Numbered from the stretch's first letter, positions 27,595 through 37,256 are shown. The stretch: 64,000 nucleotides of DNA from Bacteriovoracia bacterium (GCA_050251055.1 JBFWNL010000008.1:1-64000), one strand, 5' to 3'. Notes: generated from the letters alone by a model not told the origin. Numbers and translations are program-made.

Positions 27595-27650
27595 GTGTCA
27601 ACGCCGACACGCCGGGGTCCCCGGGCGAAAAGCGTATCCGGCGGGAATAC
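27595..27650. promoter_or_regulatory. composite box B-N23-box A element upstream of pilin triplet 2
   Basis: GTGTC-AACGCC-GACAC (27595-27610), 23 bp, GTATCC-GGCGG-GAATAC (27634-27650). Confidence 0.72.
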
Positions 27651-27719
27651 ACCGGGCCGATCCCCGATCGGCAGCAAAAACGGTGTCCATTCCATTACCT
27701 ATCTGCTAGTCCTGCCTCC

Positions 27720-29552
27720 ATGCGGCCCGAACCCGTCACGCCCTACGGCGTTCCCATCCTTGTGCGCAGACGCGTGAAGAACAGCTTGGTTTACCTCATC
27801 TTAATCACGCTGATCATGGCGGTTTCGATGGGCTTGTATCAGGGCGGTTTGCGGCTGGCGGAGCTAAAGGCCGAGCAAATCACGCTCAGTGAATTGCCCG
27901 GCGCGCTGCTACTTTCTTTCCTACGCATGCTCGCGTCTTACGGGCTCTGCTTAATCCTGGCCTTCGCCACGGGCTTGCTCGCGGCGACAAACCGCACGGC
28001 TGAGCGGGTGATCATCCCGCTACTCGACATTTTGCAATCGGTGCCAGTCGTGGGGTTTTTCCCCGCCGTCATCGCCGTCTTCATTGGATTCACCCAAGGT
28101 CATCGCCTCGGCGTGGAACTTGCGGCGATCTTCCTTATTCTGACCAGCCAAGCTTGGAATATCGCTTTCGCGGTTTACGAATCGGTGAAATCCATCCCGC
28201 AGGACAATCTAGACGCCGTTCGCAGCTTTGGCGTGAGCGGGCCGCACCGCTTCTGGCTGCTCTATGCGCCGGCTTGCGTGCCCCGCCTGATTTATAACAG
28301 CATTCTCTCGTGGTCGAACGGATGGTTCTTTCTCGTCGCCTGCGAAATCATCGCGGTGGGTTCTCTGAAATACCACTTACCGGGGATCGGTAGCTTTCTC
28401 GCGATGGCGGCCGAAAACGACCAAGTCGGGCTCATTCTTTGGGGACTCGCCGCGCTCACGGCGCTTATCTTAACGCTCGACTTCCTAGTGTGGCGTCCAC
28501 TGTCTTACTGGGCCGATCGCTTCAAGCAGGACTATTCCGCCTCGGGCGCCGACACGGGCCTTTCTCGCTCCACCGCCTTCACGCGCAAACTCGTGAGCCA
28601 AGTGCGGCCGTTGAAGCAGCCGTTGAAAAAACTCCTGCGCGCGCTTTTTTTCCCGCTCACTTGGATCGTTTCGCAGATCGTAGCGCCTTTGCTTTGGGAT
28701 TTACCCCGGGCCGTCGGACGCATCGCCCTGGCCGACCTTTCCCGCCGCTTTCCCGCGCCGGCGACCGCCTCGGAGCTCCCCGCGACGGCAGGACGGCGAA
28801 AGCTCGCGCGGGAAATCGCGTTTTGGGGATTGCTCGTGCTGGCGGGATTCTGGGCGGGAATGTCCATCGTGCAGTGGCTGCAGCCGCCCTACCCTCCGCT
28901 GATCTTCGATATTCCGTACGCGATCCTGGCCTCGACCGGACGTCTTTTGATCGCCGTGGCGCTGTCCATGCTCTGGGTGCTGCCGGTCGTGCTCTTCACC
29001 TGGAATCGCCCGCGGCTGCGCCAGTGGCTCACCACGATTTCGCAAGTGGGTGCGAGCCTGCCCGCGATTGCGCTCTTCCCTTTGATCGTCCTTTTTGCCG
29101 TACGCAAACTCGGCGGAGGCATGGAAGTGGCGAGCATCATTTTATTGTTAAGCGGGATGCAGTGGTACATCCTCTTCAATGGGTTAAGCGGCGCCGCGAT
29201 TATCCCGGGCGACATCGCCGACGCCGCGCGATCCTTAGGCCTCACCCGTTGGCAAACCTGGCGCCGGCTCGTGCTCCCGGCGATCCGCCCCGCGCTCGTC
29301 ACCGGCACCATCACCGCCTGGGGCGGAGGGTGGAACGCGCTCGTGGTTTCAGAATACCTCACGTTTAAAAATGAAGTGCTCCAGGTCAAAGGCCTGGGCG
29401 CACTTCTGAATTATTCCGTCTATCAACTGGGAGACGCCCGCTCGATCACGATTTGCATCGGCGCCATGGTGGGCTGGATTATCCTGATCAACACATTTTT
29501 CTGGCAGCCCGTTTACCGCCGGGCTATTGAACGCTTTAGGTTCGAGGCATAA
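27720..29552 (+). CDS. NitT/TauT-type ABC transporter permease (duplicated TM domain)
   Basis: IPLLDILQSVPVVGF, SQAWNI, GGGWNALVVSEY motifs; start revised from 27507. Confidence 0.9.
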   Translation: MRPEPVTPYGVPILVRRRVKNSLVYLILITLIMAVSMGLYQGGLRLAELKAEQITLSELPGALLLSFLRMLASYGLCLILAFATGLLAATNRTAERVIIPLLDILQSVPVVGFFPAVIAVFIGFTQGHRLGVELAAIFLILTSQAWNIAFAVYESVKSIPQDNLDAVRSFGVSGPHRFWLLYAPACVPRLIYNSILSWSNGWFFLVACEIIAVGSLKYHLPGIGSFLAMAAENDQVGLILWGLAALTALILTLDFLVWRPLSYWADRFKQDYSASGADTGLSRSTAFTRKLVSQVRPLKQPLKKLLRALFFPLTWIVSQIVAPLLWDLPRAVGRIALADLSRRFPAPATASELPATAGRRKLAREIAFWGLLVLAGFWAGMSIVQWLQPPYPPLIFDIPYAILASTGRLLIAVALSMLWVLPVVLFTWNRPRLRQWLTTISQVGASLPAIALFPLIVLFAVRKLGGGMEVASIILLLSGMQWYILFNGLSGAAIIPGDIADAARSLGLTRWQTWRRLVLPAIRPALVTGTITAWGGGWNALVVSEYLTFKNEVLQVKGLGALLNYSVYQLGDARSITICIGAMVGWIILINTFFWQPVYRRAIERFRFEA

Positions 29553-29554
29553 CG

Positions 29555-30319
29555 ATGAGCGCGCGCGGGAAACCCATCTTCGAGTTAAAAGAGATCGGCA
29601 TGCACTTCACGCTTCCCCAGGGGGAAGTGAAGGTGCTCGAAAATCTCTCTTTCACCGCGCACGAGGGCGAGTTCATTGCGGTCGTCGGCCCCAGCGGCGC
29701 CGGAAAGAGCACCCTGCTTCGCCTGCTGAATGGCTTAGTGCAGCCCAAGCAGGGACAGATCCTCTTTAACGGTAAAACTCAGTCGGGCATTAATTCGGAC
29801 ACGGCGATGGTTTTCCAAAACTTCGCGCTATTACCGTGGCTTACCGTCGCGCAAAACGTGGAGCTCGGCCTAGAAGCGCGTCAAATGGAGCCTGCATTGC
29901 GCCGCAAAAAAGCCTCTTTTTATATCGATAAAGTGGGGTTGGATGGGTATGAAGAGGCCTATCCACGGGAACTTTCCGGCGGGATGAAGCAGCGCGTGGG
30001 CTTGGCTCGCGCGTTAGCGGTCGAACCGTCGGTGCTTTTAATGGATGAGCCGTTCTCGTCCCTGGATGTGCTGACCTCGATCGCGCTGCGCGACGAGCTG
30101 GTCGACATCTGGGGTGACCACGACATCCCGGTAAACACGGTCATCATGGTGACCCATATTATCGAGGAAGCCATCGAGCTGGCGGACCGAATTTTGGTTC
30201 TGTCGCGCCGGCCGGGGCATATCGTGGGGGACATCCGAGTGGAACTGCCAAGACCTCGCGACAAGCGGGAGAAGGCATTCAGTGAGTACGTGGATCAAGT
30301 TTTCTCGCTGTTAGCGTGA
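29555..30319 (+). CDS. NitT/TauT ABC ATP-binding protein
   Basis: GPSGAGKST, YPRELSGGMKQR, LMDEPFSSLD. Confidence 0.95.
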   Translation: MSARGKPIFELKEIGMHFTLPQGEVKVLENLSFTAHEGEFIAVVGPSGAGKSTLLRLLNGLVQPKQGQILFNGKTQSGINSDTAMVFQNFALLPWLTVAQNVELGLEARQMEPALRRKKASFYIDKVGLDGYEEAYPRELSGGMKQRVGLARALAVEPSVLLMDEPFSSLDVLTSIALRDELVDIWGDHDIPVNTVIMVTHIIEEAIELADRILVLSRRPGHIVGDIRVELPRPRDKREKAFSEYVDQVFSLLA

Positions 30320-30322
30320 AAG

Positions 30323-30847
30323 GTGGATATGAATCAGTCTGGCGATAAGCCTGGCGGGACCAGCCAATTAGTAATTCCCGAAGTAGAAATCGGGAAAGTC
30401 TTGGGTCTGATCGAAGTTTTAAAAATGAAGGATGGGCGAGCGGATATCTACAAGCTCGCCACCGAGCTCTCGATGGAGTTCGGCGACACCCTGGCCGTGG
30501 TTCGCGGCGCCGAGCTCCTGAAGCTCGTACACACGCCGGGCGGCGACGTCGTGCTCGAACCGCTGGGCGAAAAAGTCACCAAAGCGCGCATCAACCAGAA
30601 GAAAATCATCATTTCCGAGCAAATGCTGAAGCTCGATGTGTTCCAGCGCATTCGCGATTTCCTGAGGGAAAAAGAAGGGCACGAAGCCGCGCGCGAGGAA
30701 GTGCTCGAAAAACTGGCCGAGCTGCTTCCCAACGAGAACGCCGAAAACACGTTTGCCAACGTGGTGAACTGGGGTCGCTGGGCCGAGCTCTTCGGCTACA
30801 ACGACGATAGTCAGAGTTTTTATCTCGATACGGGCGAAGCCAGCTAG
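30323..30847 (+). CDS. AAA-associated domain protein (stand-alone NitT/TauT C-terminal domain)
   Basis: GRADIYKLA...GDVVL...VNWGRWAELFGY. Confidence 0.85.
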   Translation: MDMNQSGDKPGGTSQLVIPEVEIGKVLGLIEVLKMKDGRADIYKLATELSMEFGDTLAVVRGAELLKLVHTPGGDVVLEPLGEKVTKARINQKKIIISEQMLKLDVFQRIRDFLREKEGHEAAREEVLEKLAELLPNENAENTFANVVNWGRWAELFGYNDDSQSFYLDTGEAS

Positions 30848-31893
30848 TCGGAGCGCGGGTCGATGTGCGTTGCCCGCACAGGGTCGAAGATTCCGAGTTC
30901 GGTCCCTCCGCCCCTGATTACGGACGCCCCCTGCATGAGTCCGGCGACCGCGGTAAAAAAAGTATTTGGTCCACCGAGCGCACTTGCCGTTGGCCAGAGA
31001 TAATCGCCCTCGGCTCGCTGTTTCTTTCTCAATTCTGAATGAATGACTACTCGCGACGAGTAAATATCTCCGCCTTTAGTTAAAAAATAGCGCCCGAGGT
31101 CTTGAACAAAATCTTCCCCTTTTGTACCAAGCCCCGTGAAACACGAGTTTAGTTTGATCTGACCACCGGCTGCCAAGGGAAAGCTTCCTCGGCGATCGAG
31201 GCGCTTCCGTATCTCCTCGCTCAACTTTATGTCGCCTCGACGCAAGTCGCCCGGAAGCCCATGGCTGACTACCTGCAAACCAAAGACTTCGCCTTCAACT
31301 TTTTCGACCGCTTGAAGCTTGGTCAAAAGATCCTCGAAGCTTGTCGCTTCTACGTAATGAGTTCGGGGTAGATGTTGATACTTATTTTCAAATTCCCACT
31401 TCGCCACGGTGGCGAGGTCCTCGGTAGGGGCCATGAAATTCACGAACACATAGGGACGTTTCCCGATCTGCTGCATAAAATCATTGGTTTCCCGATCAAA
31501 CTCCACCTGATCGATGCTCAATTGACCGTTGATATAATTTAAAACCACGGCCCCGGCAATCACACCCCCCTTTTTTTGGACGAGCCGAAAAGGCACTTTC
31601 CATACGGATAGGACACCTTCCTGGTTGATCGCCTTTCCCACTTCGCTCACTACCCTGACAGGGCCCATCACGGGCAAAAAGATCAGATCAATTGCTCCCC
31701 GGTCTCGCAAAGTCATCGATCGGATCATCTGACTTCCGCTAAACCTCAGCTGCCGCAGAATCGCCGCGCGCACGGATTCGGTTTCAGCCCGGGCGGTGGC
31801 TTCATCCACTACCCGCAGCCAACACGAGCGATCGGCGTGGACCTCCGACGAAACGGCGATACCAAAGCAAATCAGGAAGGTGATAAACCTCAT
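30844..31893 (-). CDS. secreted protein with DUF4347-like His/Cys domain
   Basis: Signal peptide; VSHGLPG and LNSCFTG motifs. Confidence 0.6.
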   Translation of the reverse strand: MRFITFLICFGIAVSSEVHADRSCWLRVVDEATARAETESVRAAILRQLRFSGSQMIRSMTLRDRGAIDLIFLPVMGPVRVVSEVGKAINQEGVLSVWKVPFRLVQKKGGVIAGAVVLNYINGQLSIDQVEFDRETNDFMQQIGKRPYVFVNFMAPTEDLATVAKWEFENKYQHLPRTHYVEATSFEDLLTKLQAVEKVEGEVFGLQVVSHGLPGDLRRGDIKLSEEIRKRLDRRGSFPLAAGGQIKLNSCFTGLGTKGEDFVQDLGRYFLTKGGDIYSSRVVIHSELRKKQRAEGDYLWPTASALGGPNTFFTAVAGLMQGASVIRGGGTELGIFDPVRATHIDPRSD

Positions 31894-32079
31894 CCCTAGC
31901 CGGATCGGAAAAAAAAGACCCCCGCATGAAGTCGAGAAATTATTATTTGTATAGATGGCCCACTTTTCGCAGCCCCTATTTAATCAACTGTCAGCGCTTT
32001 GACGAATAAACGACTCAACGATTCCGGTTTTGCCGCCGAAGAGTCATTGGGTCAAATCGTAAAAGAGAGTGAGGCTCAC

Positions 32080-34587
32080 TTGGAACTATTTCAGGCGTTC
32101 TACCAAAATTACTTCTTCGAAAGCATCGCGGCGACCGCGGCGATAGCGGCGGCGTTCGGATACTTCGGGGCGCCGATCTGGATGTGGGCCCTGCTCGGGG
32201 AAGCGACGCTGTATGGCGCGGGCGCCTCGCAAACTACGCAGGTCGGCTGGTGCGCGGTGGGCGCGTTACTCACGCTACGGCCAATCCGGCGCTACGTACT
32301 GAGCCTCCCGGTGCTGAAGGCCATGCAAGGCTTTGGCCTGGTACCCAAGATCTCGGACACGGAAAAAGCCGCGCTCGACGCCGGCGCCGTCTGGGTGGAA
32401 GCGGATTGCTTCTCCGGTAAGCCAAACTTCAAAAAAATGATGAACGAGGCGTACCCAAAGCTTACCGCCGAGGAACAAGCCTACATAGACGGCCCCATCG
32501 AAGAGCTCTGCAAGATGGTGAACGACTGGAAAATTTATCAAAATAAAGAGATCCCGAAAGAAATCTGGTCTTATATGCGGAAGATCCGCATCTTCGGCAT
32601 GATCGTCCCCAAGAAATACGGCGGATTGGAATTCTCGGCGTTGGCTCACAGCGAAGTGATCATGAAGCTCGCCAGCCGTTCGATCCCCGTCACCATCACC
32701 GCGATGGTGCCGAACTCACTCGGCCCCGCCGAACTACTCAATCACTTCGGAACCGAAGAACAAAAAAACCACTACCTTCCCAAGCTTGCCACGGGCGAAT
32801 TCCTGCCCTGCTTCGCATTGACCGAACAACGCGCCGGCTCGGACGCGGGATCGCTCGAATCCAATGGCGAGCTCTTCAAGAAAAACGGCGAACTCTGGAT
32901 TCGTCTGAACTGGAACAAGCGCTGGATCACGCTCGCGGGCGTTTCCAACGTGATTGGCCTTGCCTTTGAACTTCGCGACCCTGAGAAGCTCGTGGGCCAA
33001 GACCTCATCATCGGCATCACCTGTGCGCTCATTCCTTCCACCACGCCCGGCGTGGTACTGGGGCGCCGGCATGATCCGCTGGGTGTGCCTTTTTACAACT
33101 GTCCGACGCAAGGCCAGAACGTGGAGGTTCCCGCCAGTTTCATCATCGGCGGCATGGCGAACGCCGGTAAAGGGTGGACGATGCTCATGGAAAGCTTGGG
33201 CGCGGGCCGGGGCGTATCCCTCCCGTCGCAAGCCGTCGGGGGCTCGAAGGTCGTCGCGCGCGTCACTAGCGCCCATACCTCGATTCGCCGCCAGTTTGGT
33301 ATTCCGCTTTGCAAGCTCGAAGGCTTGGAAGAGCCGCTCGCCCGCATCGGCGCCAACACTTATATGTTGGATGCCATGCGCCGCTACACGGTGGGCGCGC
33401 TCGATAAGGGCATCAAGCCTTCCGTCGTAACCGCGATCGCGAAATTCGCCGGTACCGAAATGGGCCGGCGCGTGGTGAATGACGGGATGGACATCATGGC
33501 CGGAGCGGGTATTTCCCGGGGCCCCCGCAACGTCATCGCCAACATCTATCAGGCGACTCCCATCGGCATTACCGTCGAAGGCGCCAACATCCTTACCCGC
33601 ACGATGATCATCTTCGGCCAAGGGTTGTTCCGTGCGCATCCGTGGGCGTACAAAGAAGTCAGCGCCATCGAAAAGGGCGATCTCAAGGCCTTTGATTACG
33701 CATTCTTCAGCCACATCGGCCACGTCGTGAACAACGTGTTCCGCGCGGTCGTGCTGAGCGTAACCCGCGGTTATTTCGTCATGACCCCGTTCAACGGCAG
33801 CCTGCGCCGTTACGCCCAGAAGTTTCATTGGGCCTCGGCGACGTTCGCCGTGCTCGCGGATATCGCGATGGGGACCTTGGGCGGCGAGCTCAAGAAGAAG
33901 GAAAAACTCACTGGTCGATTCGCCGACGTACTCTCCTGCTTCTACATGAGCGTGGCCGTCATGCGCCGTTTCGAAGCCGAAGGACGCAAGAAGGAAGACC
34001 TGCCGTTCGTGCAGTTCGCCCTCACCCAGTGCCTGAACGAAGTGCAACAAGCCTTGGACGGAATCTTCGCCAATATTCGCGTCCCTGGCGCGAGCTTCGT
34101 TTTCAACAAGCTTATTCGCACCTGGTTCCGCTTCAACGCGATCGCCGCTCCGGTCACCGACAAGCAAGGACATAAGGCCGCCGTCGCGCTCCTAAAAGAA
34201 GGCGGGGCCCGCGACCGTCTCTGCGAGGGCATCTTCTATCCGAAGGATGAAAACGAAGCGCTCGGCCGCCTGGAAAAAGCCTTTCACACCGTCAAGCGGG
34301 CCGAAGAAGTCGAACGCCGCATCTTGCAAGCCGTGGGCAAACGCCTCCTGCCGAAGAAGCGTATTTTCAAGTTGGTGGAGTTAGCCCACGAAAAAGGCAT
34401 CATCAACACCGCCGAGATGGATCTGCTGAACGAGTCGGCCATGGCTCGCTGGAAGGCCTGCCAGGTGGATGACTTCTCGGAAGAAGCCTACCACGGCGTG
34501 GAAGGCTCGGATAACAAGCAATTCCGCGGAGAGTATGTCGGCCCGGCCGGCGCCCCGCAGTACTATAAGCCGAAGAAAACCGCCTAG
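32080..34587 (+). CDS. fadE: acyl-CoA dehydrogenase FadE
   Basis: MVPNSLGPAELL, CFALTE..AGSDA, ITVEGANILTR, C-terminal QVDDF; probable TTG start after GAGG (ORF open from 31999). Confidence 0.95.
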   Translation: MELFQAFYQNYFFESIAATAAIAAAFGYFGAPIWMWALLGEATLYGAGASQTTQVGWCAVGALLTLRPIRRYVLSLPVLKAMQGFGLVPKISDTEKAALDAGAVWVEADCFSGKPNFKKMMNEAYPKLTAEEQAYIDGPIEELCKMVNDWKIYQNKEIPKEIWSYMRKIRIFGMIVPKKYGGLEFSALAHSEVIMKLASRSIPVTITAMVPNSLGPAELLNHFGTEEQKNHYLPKLATGEFLPCFALTEQRAGSDAGSLESNGELFKKNGELWIRLNWNKRWITLAGVSNVIGLAFELRDPEKLVGQDLIIGITCALIPSTTPGVVLGRRHDPLGVPFYNCPTQGQNVEVPASFIIGGMANAGKGWTMLMESLGAGRGVSLPSQAVGGSKVVARVTSAHTSIRRQFGIPLCKLEGLEEPLARIGANTYMLDAMRRYTVGALDKGIKPSVVTAIAKFAGTEMGRRVVNDGMDIMAGAGISRGPRNVIANIYQATPIGITVEGANILTRTMIIFGQGLFRAHPWAYKEVSAIEKGDLKAFDYAFFSHIGHVVNNVFRAVVLSVTRGYFVMTPFNGSLRRYAQKFHWASATFAVLADIAMGTLGGELKKKEKLTGRFADVLSCFYMSVAVMRRFEAEGRKKEDLPFVQFALTQCLNEVQQALDGIFANIRVPGASFVFNKLIRTWFRFNAIAAPVTDKQGHKAAVALLKEGGARDRLCEGIFYPKDENEALGRLEKAFHTVKRAEEVERRILQAVGKRLLPKKRIFKLVELAHEKGIINTAEMDLLNESAMARWKACQVDDFSEEAYHGVEGSDNKQFRGEYVGPAGAPQYYKPKKTA

Positions 34588-35387
34588 AACTGCCGGCGAT
34601 CCCGCGAAGCGAGCACCTCGCCCGTGTCGGCGCTAATGATCACTTGGCGCCCGTCGACGAACACTTGGTAGGCAATCTGGCCGAGATTGGATTGGGCCCA
34701 GAGGATTTTCTGTGGTTCGCTCACGCGAACCGCGGAGGCCCCCCCGATAGAGTTCAAGGCCGCGCGCCGAGCTTCGGCGGAGGCAAGCCTGGCCTGATTG
34801 GTCACCTGGAATCCGGGGATGTATGTGGAGTACAATCCTTTTAACTCTCCATCCGCGCCTAGATCAACGGTAACGTTTCCGAAGGGCTCGAGCGCCAACC
34901 CTTGGTAGATCTGCTTGAAAAAGACGCTCGCGGAATCGACGCGCACCCGAGCCGTAGGTTGCCCGAGCGGCGACTCGTCGCTCACCCCCATCAAAGACCG
35001 GGCGTCATCCAGAATTTCCCGCGCGCGTCGGATCGCGGCTTGAGGGTCGCGGACGTCATATGCCCTAGATCCTGCCACACCCGTCGCGCGTACGGAAACC
35101 AACCTTCCATCGGAGGTGAAACTCCCCTTCAGCGAGGCACCAAATCGATCACGAAAACGTTTCCATTCGGCTGGACTTGCGGGAGAAGCCTCGAGCGCGC
35201 TCGACACGGCGGACGGCGCGATAGCATCCCGCACGGCGCTTGGCTTCCCGTCGGTCGAACCCGGTAATGGGGACGACATCTGCGCGAAACTGCGAGGGGT
35301 CTCCTGATCCGACTGGGCGATAAAAAAACTAATAGCGAACACCGTCCCGATCCCTGCCAGACCCGCCACCACCCACTTTGTCTTCAA
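34584..35387 (-). CDS. stand-alone FTP/PepSY-like propeptide protein
   Basis: N-terminal anchor; VFFKQIYQGL (FTP-like); LASAEARRAAL...VIISADTGEVL (PepSY-like). Confidence 0.7.
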   Translation of the reverse strand: MKTKWVVAGLAGIGTVFAISFFIAQSDQETPRSFAQMSSPLPGSTDGKPSAVRDAIAPSAVSSALEASPASPAEWKRFRDRFGASLKGSFTSDGRLVSVRATGVAGSRAYDVRDPQAAIRRAREILDDARSLMGVSDESPLGQPTARVRVDSASVFFKQIYQGLALEPFGNVTVDLGADGELKGLYSTYIPGFQVTNQARLASAEARRAALNSIGGASAVRVSEPQKILWAQSNLGQIAYQVFVDGRQVIISADTGEVLASRDRRQF

Positions 35388-37256
35388 TCAGTTCACCTTC
35401 GTGGTAAAGACCAACGTTTGCTCGGGCCCGTTCGTGGGCACGATCTTCACTTCAAAATCCACATCTTCGTTGGCGGTCACGGCGTCGTTCACCGAAACCC
35501 ACACCGCCGTACGCGGAGAATCAGAATAGTAAGGGTTGGTCTTGAAATAAGAGTTTCCCACCCCAACGTGGGCATTGGCGTTTGCCGAACTCAATGCGCT
35601 GACGATTCCAGTACCGTTGGCTTTCAAGTATTGAATCTGAGCCTGGCTCGATGATTGCGCGCCTACGTTGAATCGTCCATCCAACACGGTCACTTTCGGG
35701 TTCAACGACTTCACCGTGATCTGCAATCCCCCCGCGGTGATGGCGCTCGTATTTTTAATATCGAACCAGATGGCGGCATACTCGCTCTTACTGAGCCTTC
35801 CGTTATTCGAAGCGGAGACGCCTTGCGGAATGACGCCGGAGGACTGGCCCAACATACGGGCCCAGATCCGTAGCCGCGTGGGCCCGTCTTCAATCTTCAT
35901 CCCTGCGGTAACCCCATTCCCATCGCCGACCGCCGCCCAGCCATTCGGCAAGGGCGTTCCTCCGATCAATCCGCGGGCCATCAGGGCTTCCGATACCGCC
36001 GTCTGCGCGGGCGCGGTAAAGCCCATAGCCGAGGCGCGATTCACCAGCGCTTGGGCCAAACCCCGCATCGTCACGGGTGAGAGATTCACCGCACTGGGTT
36101 TCGGCAGGTCGGGGATCGTGCTCATGACCAACTCTAAGCTCAGCTTACGCGCGGCTTCCTCGCCGACTTGGGCGCGCAACCGATCAAAGACATCCCACAA
36201 TGCGCCTTGCATGACGGTGGCCACATTGTGTATTTCTTCCTGGCCCGTGTTGGAAAGATGCGCTTCCTTTAGATAGTGCGGGCCTCGATAGTTATTCGGA
36301 TATGGCCAACCCAAGCCATCCGGGTAATTGAAGCTGACGTGATTTTGGTCGGCGGAAAATCCCGCCGCTCCCAAATCGTAGCTCGCGCAATTGGGATAGG
36401 ACGGATCATACGCCGGGCAAAGGTTCGCTCCGCGCACGCCAGAATACCCGGGCACGAAAGTTCCGAGCGCCCATCGGCTGAAAACCCGTTCATCCAGCCC
36501 AGGTGCCACGAGTGGCGCGAGATACGTCATCGCGCCGAAGTCGGAGATCGCCTCATTGATGGCGCCCGCCTCGTCGTAAAAGAAGTTATTGAAGTAAAAT
36601 GTCGGCGAGTAGGCGTGCGCCGTGGTGGCGTGCTGCAATTCGTGGATCACCACGTTGGCGTCGTCCGCATAGGAAGCGCCGATCGTCTGCACGGAATCCC
36701 CCAGGCAAACGTAGTCCAGACTGGTGCCCGAGGCTGTGGTTTCGCGAGAGTAAAAAGCGTTGTCGTCATCCATGCAATGCGCGATGATGCGGACCGGGTC
36801 CACGGGCGCCAGCAATCCCAGCGTGTCCAGCAACGCCCGATACCCGTCGCCATAGTAATAAGTCATGGCTTGCTGAAACCCGCCATTCACGTGGGAAAAA
36901 CGGAAATCATTCCTATCGCTATAAACCCCAAAACCTTCGTCGCATCCGTCGTTCGTCCGAATATCGACGTAAGCCCCTTCGAGCACGCCGTGGCCGCCGA
37001 GGTTTTGCAAGCTCGCGGGTTTACGATATTCGTCCAGACTGTAGGCGGCCGGAGAGATGCTGGTGTCGCCGGTTTGCGTGATGGGATCGGGCGCGAACAC
37101 CATCGCTTGCCCTTCGGAGCCGCTGATCGCCTCCGCGGAGGGCTGCACGCAGCGGTTCGTGAGACTGTCGGATTTCTTCGCGCAGCCACTCGCGATCAAC
37201 ACGACCGCGCAAGCAAAGAAAACGGATCGGGATATCTTTCGAACGGGAGCCCCCAT
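35388..37256 (-). CDS. M4/M36-like zinc metallopeptidase lipoprotein
   Basis: ASGC lipobox; DNAFY, HELQH, GAINEAISD, EIH...GALWD motifs. Confidence 0.85.
   Translation of the reverse strand: MGAPVRKISRSVFFACAVVLIASGCAKKSDSLTNRCVQPSAEAISGSEGQAMVFAPDPITQTGDTSISPAAYSLDEYRKPASLQNLGGHGVLEGAYVDIRTNDGCDEGFGVYSDRNDFRFSHVNGGFQQAMTYYYGDGYRALLDTLGLLAPVDPVRIIAHCMDDDNAFYSRETTASGTSLDYVCLGDSVQTIGASYADDANVVIHELQHATTAHAYSPTFYFNNFFYDEAGAINEAISDFGAMTYLAPLVAPGLDERVFSRWALGTFVPGYSGVRGANLCPAYDPSYPNCASYDLGAAGFSADQNHVSFNYPDGLGWPYPNNYRGPHYLKEAHLSNTGQEEIHNVATVMQGALWDVFDRLRAQVGEEAARKLSLELVMSTIPDLPKPSAVNLSPVTMRGLAQALVNRASAMGFTAPAQTAVSEALMARGLIGGTPLPNGWAAVGDGNGVTAGMKIEDGPTRLRIWARMLGQSSGVIPQGVSASNNGRLSKSEYAAIWFDIKNTSAITAGGLQITVKSLNPKVTVLDGRFNVGAQSSSQAQIQYLKANGTGIVSALSSANANAHVGVGNSYFKTNPYYSDSPRTAVWVSVNDAVTANEDVDFEVKIVPTNGPEQTLVFTTKVN

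Noticed and set aside
7299-27650. Integrative island or prophage at tRNA-Lys
   Set aside because: No integrase, phage gene or duplicated tRNA 3' end seen; the block includes the housekeeping gene uup
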